Part shown: piece after piece, positions 1 through 9,061 of the stretch
How the letters are laid out: the number at the start of each line of letters is the position of its first letter
How positions within the stretch are numbered: the first letter of the stretch is position 1
IMG/VR virus record: IMGVR_UViG_3300025840_000011
Source: a virus
Length of the DNA stretch: 64,000 nt
Strand: one strand, 5' to 3'
Translations under genes and position numbers: made by a program
Notes under the pieces: model-generated
Told to the model about the DNA's origin: nothing
Databases searched by the model: none
The model's input: only the letters and a program-made list of their open reading frames with translations

Positions 1-2
1 CT

Positions 3-686
3 CAAAAGGGTCACGAATACATCACCTTAGTAGATGTATCAAAAGGTAGAGGGCAGGATTATTCTACGTTTAACGTAATCGACATATCGGTCCAACCTTT
101 TAAACAGGTTGCGGTTTATCGCTGTAACACTATATCTCCAATTCTCTTACCCAACTTTATCTATAAGTATTCGAATCTCTACAACAACGCATACGTAGTA
201 ATTGAATCAAATGATGCGGGTTCGGTGGTATGTAATGGATTATATCATGACTTGGAGTATGAGAATGTTCACGTTACCAGTTCAGTAAAAGCGTCTGGTA
301 TTGGTATTGAAATGAACCGTAAGGTCAAACGTCTGGGCTGTTCTGCAATCAAGGACATCCTTGAAAACCGCAAGTTGGAAATTGTTGATGAGAATACCAT
401 ACTAGAGATATCGACGTTCGTATCGAAGGGTCAGTCTTATGAGGCGTCTGAAGGAAACCACGATGATCTCATGATGAACTTAGTACTGTTTGGGTATTTT
501 GTCTCAACGCAATTCTTTGCAGATATGACCGACATCAACATCAAACAGATGTTATTTGAAAGAAGAATGAAGGAGATCGAAGACGATGTACCCCCATTCG
601 GTTTTGTTGATACTGGATTAGAAAATATAGTTGAGGAACCGATTATAGAAAATGAGTGGCAAGTCTGGAAACAGGATAACTGGTGA
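3..686 (+). CDS. gp17: Terminase large subunit, C-terminal nuclease domain (5'-partial)
   Basis: Frame open from window start: ...LVDVSKGRGQDYSTF...VIESND...YEASEGNHDDLMM; RNase H-like T4 gp17 motifs; lies directly upstream of the tail sheath gene. Confidence 0.95.
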   Translation, partial: QKGHEYITLVDVSKGRGQDYSTFNVIDISVQPFKQVAVYRCNTISPILLPNFIYKYSNLYNNAYVVIESNDAGSVVCNGLYHDLEYENVHVTSSVKASGIGIEMNRKVKRLGCSAIKDILENRKLEIVDENTILEISTFVSKGQSYEASEGNHDDLMMNLVLFGYFVSTQFFADMTDINIKQMLFERRMKEIEDDVPPFGFVDTGLENIVEEPIIENEWQVWKQDNW

Positions 687-699
687 AATTCTCCCTTTT

Positions 700-707
700 T
701 ATAAATA
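700..707 (+). promoter_or_regulatory. T4-type late promoter TATAAATA
   Basis: Exact gp55 consensus upstream of gp18. Confidence 0.85.
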
Positions 708-772
708 AAAGTGTTGAATAGACCCGTATCATGTTAAACTCATAATTTGTAAACGAAAAAAGGAAAACAGTC

Positions 773-2611
773 ATGGCATTAACCACACCGTCTGCTTCTC
801 CTGCAATCACAGTCAAAGAGATCGACCTCTCAGGATTCGCTCCTAATGTCACAACTTCGACTGGTGCGTTTGTAGGTAAGTTTCGTTGGGGCCCGGCAGA
901 GGAACGCACACTAGTAGCAGATGAAGCTGGTCTAGTGCAAGTTTTCGCCGCACCTAATGAAGATCATGCGACAGACTTTTTGTCTGCCGTGTACTTTTTA
1001 AAGTACTCAAACTCGTTGTTTGTTGTACGTGGTCACAATGGTTCTAAAAACGCACATTCCGGTTATGCCGCGGATGTGAACACCAGTGACTCCGGAGACA
1101 ACATCGTAGTAAAAAACACTAATCACTTCGATACCACAGTCAAGAGTTCTCTCAATGCATCCACCAATAACTCTGGTGCATTCATTTCGAGATTCCCTGG
1201 CGCTTTGGGTAACGGACTTTCAGTAACATTCTGTCCTGCCGACAGTGCAGATCGTTACTTTAATCAATGGGACTATCGTGGTTCCTTTGACCGTGCACCC
1301 ACTTCAAGTTCTTGGGCGACAGATCGTTCAGGTACTTTGGATGAAATCCACGTTGCGGTTATTGACCGCAAGGGTGAATTCACAGGTACGCCTGGCTCGG
1401 TACTCGAAACCTTCCCACACCTTTCAGTTGCAAAAGGTGCGGTATCTACAGAAGGTGAACCACAGTACGTGGTAGACGCCATCAACCAGTCTTCTGGATA
1501 TATCAGAATGTCTGGTTACTTTGATGGTGACTCTGCATTCTCTTCCACTCTTGCTGGTGGACAGGGTATTGGTCAGTACTGGGGAACCACTCCTGAAGTA
1601 GATTCCGCTACTAACTTTAGTACAGGAACTTCTGGATGGTTGAATTGGGACTCAGACAATAACGCACTCATCAAACTTTCGAATGGTGCAGATGACACTG
1701 ACTTCACCGCTGGTGATATTGGTACTGCATTCGACTTGTTTGAAGATACAGAGAACGTCACAGTAGACTTCCTGATCTCACCTGTAGGTAACGGATCAGT
1801 GAATGACAGTGACGCTGTTACTATTGTCAATGATCTTAACGGTATCGCACAACAGACTCGTAAAGACTGTGTTGTCGTGACTTCACCTAAGCGTAATGAT
1901 ACTGTTGGTGTCGCCGCTGGCACTGCGGTTTCCAATGCGGTTACGTTTGCAAATAGTTTGACAAACTCATCGTACCTAGTAGTCGATAACAACTACCTCA
2001 AGGTTTTCGACAAGTACAATGACAAGTATGTCTTCATTCCTGCTGCATCATCTACTGCTGGTCTTATGGCTGCAACAGATGCGGTGGCCGCTCCTTGGTT
2101 CTCCCCTGCTGGTCAACGTAGAGGTAATTATGTCGGTGTAACCGATCTTGCAATTACTCCTAACAAGACTCAGAGAGATACATTGTATAAGGCGGGTATT
2201 AACCCCATCGCCAACATTCCTGGCGCTGCAATCGTACTCTTCGGGGATAAAACCCATGAGAACAGACCTTCTGCATTCGACAGAATCAACGTTCGTAGAT
2301 TGTTCCTTGCACTGGAGCGTTCAATCGCTGCCGCTGCGAAGAACATCCTGTTTGAATTCAACGACGAGTTTACTCGTGCAGAATTCGTGAACGTTGTCGA
2401 ACCTCTGTTGCGTGAGATCAGGGGTCGAAGAGGTATCACAGACTTCCGTGTTGTATGTGACGAAACAAACAACACGCCCGCTGTGGTCGATAGAAACGAA
2501 TTTGTCGCTTCCATCTTTATCAAACCCGCACGTTCAATCAACTACGTAACACTGAACTTTGTTGCAGTTAGAACGGGTGTCCAGTTTGATGAAGTTGTGG
2601 GTGCGGTCTAA
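773..2611 (+). CDS. gp18: Contractile tail sheath protein
   Basis: N-term SPAITVKEID..GAFVGKFRWGP; C-term WFSPAG, FDRINVRRLF, FEFNDEFTR, IKPARSIN. Confidence 0.97.
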   Translation: MALTTPSASPAITVKEIDLSGFAPNVTTSTGAFVGKFRWGPAEERTLVADEAGLVQVFAAPNEDHATDFLSAVYFLKYSNSLFVVRGHNGSKNAHSGYAADVNTSDSGDNIVVKNTNHFDTTVKSSLNASTNNSGAFISRFPGALGNGLSVTFCPADSADRYFNQWDYRGSFDRAPTSSSWATDRSGTLDEIHVAVIDRKGEFTGTPGSVLETFPHLSVAKGAVSTEGEPQYVVDAINQSSGYIRMSGYFDGDSAFSSTLAGGQGIGQYWGTTPEVDSATNFSTGTSGWLNWDSDNNALIKLSNGADDTDFTAGDIGTAFDLFEDTENVTVDFLISPVGNGSVNDSDAVTIVNDLNGIAQQTRKDCVVVTSPKRNDTVGVAAGTAVSNAVTFANSLTNSSYLVVDNNYLKVFDKYNDKYVFIPAASSTAGLMAATDAVAAPWFSPAGQRRGNYVGVTDLAITPNKTQRDTLYKAGINPIANIPGAAIVLFGDKTHENRPSAFDRINVRRLFLALERSIAAAAKNILFEFNDEFTRAEFVNVVEPLLREIRGRRGITDFRVVCDETNNTPAVVDRNEFVASIFIKPARSINYVTLNFVAVRTGVQFDEVVGAV

Positions 2612-2630
2612 GATAACAGGAGCTTAAGAA

Positions 2631-3158
2631 ATGGCAATTTTAGGAGTAGATGACTTCAAGTCGAAGTTAAGAGGTGGTGGCGCTCGCGCCAACATGTTCA
2701 AGGCGACTGTTAACTTCCCCGCATATGCAGGGGGAGATGTGGAACTCACATCTTTCCTATGTAAGGCGGCACAGTTGCCCGCATCCGAAATGGGGGTTGT
2801 TACAATCCCGTTTCGTGGTAGACAGTTGAAGATCGCCGGTGACCGTACCTTCGGTACGTGGACCGTGACTATCATCAACGATACGGACTTCTTGGTACGT
2901 AACTCACTCGAACAGTGGATGAATGGTATTAATTCTCACCAAGCAAACACTGGTCTTACCAACCCCGTTGACTATCAGGCTGACCTGATCGTTGAACAGT
3001 TGGACAAGGATGGGTCAACTATCAAGACATATAATTTCCGTGGGTGTTTCCCAACTAACGTTGCGGCCATCGACGTGAATTATGAAACAGTAGATGCGAT
3101 TGAGGACTTCACTTGTGAATTCCAAGTCCAGTACTGGGAGTCTAACACTACCAATTAA
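2631..3158 (+). CDS. gp19: Tail tube protein
   Basis: GGARANMF, LCKAAQLP, PFRGRQLKIAGDRTF motifs; synteny. Confidence 0.96.
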   Translation: MAILGVDDFKSKLRGGGARANMFKATVNFPAYAGGDVELTSFLCKAAQLPASEMGVVTIPFRGRQLKIAGDRTFGTWTVTIINDTDFLVRNSLEQWMNGINSHQANTGLTNPVDYQADLIVEQLDKDGSTIKTYNFRGCFPTNVAAIDVNYETVDAIEDFTCEFQVQYWESNTTN

Positions 3159-3164
3159 TGGTGG

Positions 3165-3201
3165 TATAAGTATAGGGTACGGAGGGGTAACTCTCCGTAC
3201 C
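3165..3201 (+). promoter_or_regulatory. Late-promoter variant (TATAAGTA, 3165-3172) followed by a stem-loop (3176-3201)
   Basis: GGTACGGAG...CTCCGTACC inverted repeat between gp19 and gp20. Confidence 0.55.
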
Positions 3202-3228
3202 TTCTTACTATAGTAGAGTTTGGAATAT

Positions 3229-4746
3229 ATGGCAGAGAACAACGGTATCAAACTTTTTGGATTCGAGTTAAAGAGGATCCAGAAGAAAGATAAAGAACAG
3301 GAAAAACTCCCCTCTATTGTCCCAAAACAGGATGATGATGGCGCGGGGTATGTAACTGCCAGTGGAGCCCACTTCGGTCAATATATTGACATGAATGGGA
3401 ACGAAGCGAAAGACAATGCAGAACTCATCAAAAAATATCGTGGTATCGCAGAACATCCTGAAGTAGATGCCGCCATCGAAGATATTGTTAATGAGTCTAT
3501 CAGTGCATCTGATGCAGAGTCATCCGTTGAAATCGTTCTTGATAAGGTAGAGGCACCCGACAGAATTAAGAAACTGATTGTTGAAGAATTTGACAATGTA
3601 TGTTCTATGATGAACTTCAATGATCACGCCCACGATATCTTTAGATCGTGGTACGTTGATGGTCGTATCGTACACCATCTAGTAGTAAACGAATCAAACC
3701 TCAAGGCGGGTATTCAAGAGATCCGGTCAATCGACTCCTCTAAGATCCGCAAAGTAAAAGAGGTCAAATACAAAAAGGATCAAAAGACAGACGCCAAAAT
3801 CGTTGATAGTGTAAATGAGTTTTACATCTATCAAGAGAAGGCGGGTGCGAACCAAGGCATCAAATTGTCTCCGGATTCTGTTTCGTATGTGACTTCGGGT
3901 CTACTTGACCCCTCTCGCAAACGTGTAGTGTCTTATCTACACAAGGCAATTAAACCCGTCAACCAGTTAAGGATGATGGAAGACTCTCTGGTGATCTATC
4001 GTCTCGCACGTGCACCTGAGAGAAGAATTTTCTATATCGACGTTGGTAACCTACCTACGGGTAAGGCAGAACAACACATGAAAGACATCATGTCTCGTTA
4101 TAGAAATAAGTTAGTCTACGATGCAAACACTGGACAGATCAAAGATGATCGTAAACACATGTCCATGTTGGAAGACTTCTGGTTACCTCGTAGAGAGGGT
4201 GGACGTGGTACAGAGATCAGTACCCTGCCTGGCGGGGAGAACCTTGGACAGATAGATGACATCATCTACTTCCAGAAGAAACTGTACCGTTCATTGAATG
4301 TACCTATCAATAGACTGGAACAAGAAGCCCAGTTCTCGTTAGGTCGTTCAACAGAAATCAATAGGGACGAAGTAAAGTTCCAGAAGTTTGTTGATAGACT
4401 TCGCAGACGTTTCTCTATGATGTTCTTGGGCATCATCAAGAAACAACTTGTCCTCAAGGGTATCATCACCGATGAGGATTGGGATGAGTGGAAGAACGAT
4501 ATCGTCATCGACTTTATTCGTGACAACCACTTCACCGAACTTAAGAACGCTGAGTTGTTAAGGGAACGTCTGGATACTATGGACAGAATTACACAGTATG
4601 TTGGTGAATACTTCTCGCGTGAATGGGTAATGAAAAATGTCATGATGATGTCAGATGATGACATCGAACAGATGAAAGATGAGGTCGAATCCGAAAACGA
4701 TAAAGGTGACGGAGGAGAGGCGGACGATGGCGACGAATTCCAGTAA
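3229..4746 (+). CDS. gp20: Portal protein
   Basis: YRLARAPERRIFYIDVGNLP, MLEDFWLPRREGGRGTEISTLPGG; ATG at 3229 preferred over TTG at 3220. Confidence 0.97.
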   Translation: MAENNGIKLFGFELKRIQKKDKEQEKLPSIVPKQDDDGAGYVTASGAHFGQYIDMNGNEAKDNAELIKKYRGIAEHPEVDAAIEDIVNESISASDAESSVEIVLDKVEAPDRIKKLIVEEFDNVCSMMNFNDHAHDIFRSWYVDGRIVHHLVVNESNLKAGIQEIRSIDSSKIRKVKEVKYKKDQKTDAKIVDSVNEFYIYQEKAGANQGIKLSPDSVSYVTSGLLDPSRKRVVSYLHKAIKPVNQLRMMEDSLVIYRLARAPERRIFYIDVGNLPTGKAEQHMKDIMSRYRNKLVYDANTGQIKDDRKHMSMLEDFWLPRREGGRGTEISTLPGGENLGQIDDIIYFQKKLYRSLNVPINRLEQEAQFSLGRSTEINRDEVKFQKFVDRLRRRFSMMFLGIIKKQLVLKGIITDEDWDEWKNDIVIDFIRDNHFTELKNAELLRERLDTMDRITQYVGEYFSREWVMKNVMMMSDDDIEQMKDEVESENDKGDGGEADDGDEFQ

Positions 4747-4842
4747 TGAATTACTTGGAGTGGTTGGCACAGTTCTTTGATTTAAACCATGATGGTCAAG
4801 AAGACCGTCACGATGACTATGAGAAAATAGGAGAACCTGAAG

Positions 4843-5187
4843 ATGAGTGATAACGAAACAGTTGAAGACGTAGTTGATCAAGAGATCCCTACATCTATGC
4901 AACAGGATTTTATTGACATGGTGCAGGCTGGTAACTTCAACAAAGCGAAGGAACAGTTTGACACCATGATGGCGGACAAGATGACTGCACGTCTTGACGC
5001 CGAGAAAGCGGCAGTCGCATCTAGTATCTTTAACTCTGACGAAGACATCGATCTAGAAGACGATGATTTCTTCGATGTAGAAGATGAAGATGAACTGGAT
5101 GAACTCGACGAGTACGAGTTAGAACTCGAAGATGAGGACACCGCTGAACAAGAGGGTAAAGAAATTTATTCTGGTGCAGAAATCTAA
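4843..5187 (+). CDS. Acidic prohead core protein (gp67-like)
   Basis: Very acidic 114-aa protein between portal and protease; SD aggag. Confidence 0.65.
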   Translation: MSDNETVEDVVDQEIPTSMQQDFIDMVQAGNFNKAKEQFDTMMADKMTARLDAEKAAVASSIFNSDEDIDLEDDDFFDVEDEDELDELDEYELELEDEDTAEQEGKEIYSGAEI

Positions 5188-5192
5188 ATTTG

Positions 5193-5200
5193 TATAAATA
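5193..5200 (+). promoter_or_regulatory. Late promoter TATAAATA
   Basis: Exact consensus upstream of the gp21-gp23 operon. Confidence 0.85.
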
Positions 5201-5217
5201 ATAGTCAAGGGAAACTT

Positions 5218-5427
5218 ATGCAAACTTTTTTAGAACTTCGTGAGAAGTTGGGACGAAAACCAACTGGTACTATCGTCTACGATAAAAAAATTAATAAGAT
5301 CCCTGTACAGATTTATAAGGACAATAAAGGGTTCACCGCCTATGTTGATGGCGATAGATTGGACACCTTTAAGTCGCAGAAAGATGCACAGAGGTCCGCA
5401 GAGAACATCGTCAAGGAATTAACCTAA
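5218..5427 (+). CDS. Small prohead core protein (gp68 position)
   Basis: 69 aa, starts MQTFLELRE (capsid-targeting-like leader), translationally coupled to gp21. Confidence 0.6.
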   Translation: MQTFLELREKLGRKPTGTIVYDKKINKIPVQIYKDNKGFTAYVDGDRLDTFKSQKDAQRSAENIVKELT

Positions 5428-6086
5428 TGAAGTTAATCAGCGAATACGTAGAAAACGATCTACAATGTATTGTAGAGAAGAAAGAAGATGGCGCAAAGAA
5501 ATACGTCATCGAAGGTATTTTCGCGCAGGCGGACGCAAAGAATAGAAACGGACGTATCTACCCCAAACCAATTATGGAGAATGCGGTAGGTAAGTACGTA
5601 AAAGAACAAGTATCTAAGAAACGTGCGGTTGGTGAATTGAATCACCCTGAAGGACCGACAGTTAACTTAGACAAAGTTTCTCACCTCATCACTGACCTCA
5701 AGTTTGAGGGGAATGATGTGGTAGGAAAGGCACAAATATTGGATACTCCTATGGGTAAGATCGTTCAAGGTCTTCTTGAGGGTGGTGTTCAACTAGGTGT
5801 GTCAACTCGTGGTATGGGTAGCCTTGAACAACGGAACGGCGCAATGTACGTCAAAGACGATTTTATTCTTAGTACGGTTGACATCGTACAAGATCCATCC
5901 GCACCGGATGCCTTCGTTAATGGAATCATGGAAGGTGTTGATTGGATCTGGAATAACGGCGTTCTAGAAGCTCAGGTAATTGAAAAAATGGAGACTGAAA
6001 TTAAAACTGCTCCGAAGGCGTTTCGTCCTGAAACGCAAATTCGAGAGTTTAAGAATTTCCTCTCGTTAATTAAATCACAATTGTAA
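5427..6086 (+). CDS. gp21: Prohead core protease
   Basis: IEGIFAQAD.KNRNGRIYP, GELNHP, GVSTRGMGS, DIVQDPSAPDAFV. Confidence 0.97.
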   Translation: MKLISEYVENDLQCIVEKKEDGAKKYVIEGIFAQADAKNRNGRIYPKPIMENAVGKYVKEQVSKKRAVGELNHPEGPTVNLDKVSHLITDLKFEGNDVVGKAQILDTPMGKIVQGLLEGGVQLGVSTRGMGSLEQRNGAMYVKDDFILSTVDIVQDPSAPDAFVNGIMEGVDWIWNNGVLEAQVIEKMETEIKTAPKAFRPETQIREFKNFLSLIKSQL

Positions 6087-6096
6087 GGAGTCAATA

Positions 6097-7152
6097 ATGA
6101 CTGAAGAAACTAAAGTCGAAGTTGAACTCCACGATGAAGAAATTAACGATATCGTGGAAGAGACTCTCGAAGAGGCGGCTCCTGCTGCTAAGGGTGCAAA
6201 GGGTGATGAAGGGGCCGTAACGGAACCTGAGTCAATCGCATCTGTAGACAAGGCTGCAGACGCCGTTAAATCGCAAGCTCCTGTTCCGAAAACTAAGGCA
6301 GGTATGATCAATGCTATGTTCACTAAGATGAACGGTATGTCTAAGGCAGAAATGTCTAAGATGTATGCATCATACATGGGTGAAGGTGTTGAAGTTGAAG
6401 AAGGTGCGGAAGAAGTGGTTGCTGAAACCATTGACACTACCGCAGAACTGAACGCATTGGTCGAGTCTGAGGCAACACTCAGTGATGAGTTCAAGGCCAA
6501 GACTGCCGTAATTTTCGAAGCTGCTGTGAAGACGAAACTCTCTGAAGAAGTTGAGAGAATCGAAGATCAGTATAAGAGCGAACTTGCCGAAGAGGTATCC
6601 TCTATTAAAGAAGACCTCGTAGGTAAAGTAGACAGCTACCTCAACTACGTTGTTGAGACTTGGATGGAAGAGAACAAAGTTGCAGTTCAGAACGGTCTCC
6701 GTACTGAAATTGCAGAGACGTTCATGAACAAGATGAAGGATCTATTCGTAGAGTCTTACATCGAAGTTCCTGAGTCCAAGTTGGATCTAGTTGACGAACT
6801 GGCTGAACAGGTTGAAGAGTTGGAAGGAAAACTCAACACTCAAACTGGAGACAACATCAAACTTGCAGAACAACTGGAAGTACTCCAACGTGACGCGATC
6901 ATTGCAGAAGCAACTCGTGGAATGGCAGAGACTCAAGTTGAGAAACTGCGTGGTATGGTAGAGTCTGTAGATTTTGATGACGAAGAGTCTTTCAAAACTA
7001 AAGTTCAGACAGTTAAAGAATCTTTCTTTAAGACAGAAAAACCCGTGGTTAGTGAGGAACTCACCGCCGAAGAACCTGAGACTGAAATCGAAGTTTCTTC
7101 TGTGATGGAACAATACCTCGCTGCCATTAAGAAAACTACTCAATCACAGTAA
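6097..7152 (+). CDS. gp22: Prohead core scaffold protein
   Basis: Acidic coiled-coil; KVDSYLNYVVETW motif; synteny. Confidence 0.93.
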   Translation: MTEETKVEVELHDEEINDIVEETLEEAAPAAKGAKGDEGAVTEPESIASVDKAADAVKSQAPVPKTKAGMINAMFTKMNGMSKAEMSKMYASYMGEGVEVEEGAEEVVAETIDTTAELNALVESEATLSDEFKAKTAVIFEAAVKTKLSEEVERIEDQYKSELAEEVSSIKEDLVGKVDSYLNYVVETWMEENKVAVQNGLRTEIAETFMNKMKDLFVESYIEVPESKLDLVDELAEQVEELEGKLNTQTGDNIKLAEQLEVLQRDAIIAEATRGMAETQVEKLRGMVESVDFDDEESFKTKVQTVKESFFKTEKPVVSEELTAEEPETEIEVSSVMEQYLAAIKKTTQSQ

Positions 7153-7163
7153 GGAATATCTAA

Positions 7164-8498
7164 ATGAACACTAACTCTTACGATCAATTGATCGAAAAGT
7201 GGAGTCCGGTACTGAACGAAGAGTCTGCTGGTGTGATCGCAGATCGTCACCGCAAGGCCGTTACTGCCGCGATTCTTGAAAACCAAGAACGTGCAATGCG
7301 GGAAGACCGCGCTGCATCCGCTGGGTTCCTCACGGAAGCCGCTCCTGCCAACAACACTACCAGTGCATCGAACTGGGATCCTATTCTGATCTCTCTCGTT
7401 CGTCGCGCTATGCCTAACCTCATGGCATATGACGTATGTGGTGTTCAGCCTATGTCTGGACCTACTGGTCTTATTTTCGCCATGAAGTCTCGTTACGGTG
7501 GTGGTTCTACCTCTAACCGTGAAGCACTGTTCAACGAAGCAGAAACCACATTCTCTGGTGACTCTTCTGGTGTTGCTGCTCACGATAGTGACAACGTATC
7601 TGGTTTCAACGGAATCGCACCTTCTGGTGACTCCGCTGATACTCTTCGTGGTACTAATCTCACTGGTCGCCCAATGTCTACTGCTGATGCAGAAGCCCTT
7701 GGTTCTTCTGGTGCAGGTGCTTTCGAAGAGATGGGTTTCACCATCGAAAAGGCCACGGTGACTGCGAAGTCTCGTGCGTTGAAAGCCGAGTACTCACTTG
7801 AACTCGCACAAGACCTGAAGGCGATTCACGGTCTTGACGCAGAGACAGAATTGGCGAACATTCTGTCAACGGAAATCCTCGCGGAAATCAACCGTGAAGT
7901 TATCCGTACCATCAACTCTCAGGCGAAGACGGGTTGTCTTCAGGCAAACGTTACTAAGAACGGTATCTTTAACCTTTCTTCGGACGCTGATGGTCGTTGG
8001 TCTGCTGAGAAGTTCAAGGGTCTGGTTGTACAACTTGACCGCGAAGCGAACGTAATCGCAAAAGAAACTCGTCGCGGTAAGGGTAACGTAATCATCTGTT
8101 CTTCAGATGTTGCGACTGCTCTGTCTGCTTCTGGTATGTTGGATTACACTCCTGCAATGTCTACTCAACTTCAGGTTGATGACACAGGTAACACCTTCGC
8201 TGGTACATTGAACGGACGCATCAAGGTCTACATCGATCCTTATGCACAAACCGACTATGTAACTGTTGGATATAAGGGTACTAACCCTTATGACTCTGGT
8301 GTTTTCTATTGTCCTTACGTTCCTCTGACTATGGTCAAGGCCGTTGGGGAAGACACTTTCCAACCGAAGATCGGTTTCAAGACTCGTTACGGCATGGCTT
8401 CGAATCCTTTCGTGGGTGCAACACCTGCTGACGGTCTCGCTGCTGCTAAGAGTAACCAGTACTACCGTATCTTCCGTGTGGACAACATCCTCACATAA
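7164..8498 (+). CDS. gp23: Major capsid protein
   Basis: LVRRAMPNL, GVQPMSGPTGLIFAM, KSRALKAEYSLELAQDLKAIHGLDAE, QPKIGFKTRYG. Confidence 0.98.
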   Translation: MNTNSYDQLIEKWSPVLNEESAGVIADRHRKAVTAAILENQERAMREDRAASAGFLTEAAPANNTTSASNWDPILISLVRRAMPNLMAYDVCGVQPMSGPTGLIFAMKSRYGGGSTSNREALFNEAETTFSGDSSGVAAHDSDNVSGFNGIAPSGDSADTLRGTNLTGRPMSTADAEALGSSGAGAFEEMGFTIEKATVTAKSRALKAEYSLELAQDLKAIHGLDAETELANILSTEILAEINREVIRTINSQAKTGCLQANVTKNGIFNLSSDADGRWSAEKFKGLVVQLDREANVIAKETRRGKGNVIICSSDVATALSASGMLDYTPAMSTQLQVDDTGNTFAGTLNGRIKVYIDPYAQTDYVTVGYKGTNPYDSGVFYCPYVPLTMVKAVGEDTFQPKIGFKTRYGMASNPFVGATPADGLAAAKSNQYYRIFRVDNILT

Positions 8499-8536
8499 GA
8501 TAAAAAATAAAAAGAAACTCGAAAGAGTCATTTTTT

Positions 8537-8564
8537 GGGGGGACGCTGCAGTCCCCCCTTTTTT
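8537..8564 (+). terminator. Rho-independent terminator after gp23
   Basis: GGGGGGAC-gctgca-GTCCCCCC followed by T6. Confidence 0.9.
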
Positions 8565-8636
8565 ATGCATATATAATAATGGTACGACATGGTAGTCTCC
8601 TAGTGAAAGGAAGCATAACTTAAAGGAGCATGTAGT

Positions 8637-9011
8637 ATGAAATGGTTAATACTAGCGCTAGTGTTGATTCCGTTTTCTGCCCATTCTGAAACGGTAATCA
8701 ATTATGATGATGGATCGACATACACTCTATCCGAAGGCGAGAAAATTTACATCGCCAAACGTAAGTTGTTCACACAGAAAAACTACAATAACGGTAATGT
8801 GTATTTTACACTTCAGAAAGAACATACCAAGAGAGATTATGTTCCCGATCCAGACGGAACCGATGATATGGTAGTGGGTTCTCATGAATGGTGCAAAGCA
8901 TATGTACCGTGGCATGAAGGTCTAACTTTTGATATGATTGCGTGGCAACGTTTCTGTGACACCGATAATGATGGTGACTATGACGAAGACGATGATCGTT
9001 GGAATGAGTAA
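8637..9011 (+). CDS. Secreted hypothetical protein with DxDxDG (EF-hand-like) motif
   Basis: Sec signal MKWLILALVLIPFSAHS; DTDNDGDYD near C-terminus; SD aaggag. Confidence 0.7.
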   Translation: MKWLILALVLIPFSAHSETVINYDDGSTYTLSEGEKIYIAKRKLFTQKNYNNGNVYFTLQKEHTKRDYVPDPDGTDDMVVGSHEWCKAYVPWHEGLTFDMIAWQRFCDTDNDGDYDEDDDRWNE

Positions 9012-9012
9012 T

Positions 9013-9042
9013 AAAAAGGGGACTTAACGTCCCCTCTTTTTT
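9013..9042. terminator. Bidirectional terminator between convergent genes
   Basis: A5-GGGGAC-ttaac-GTCCCC-tc-T6. Confidence 0.8.
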
Positions 9043-9061
9043 AACCAACTGTTGGTTAAAT

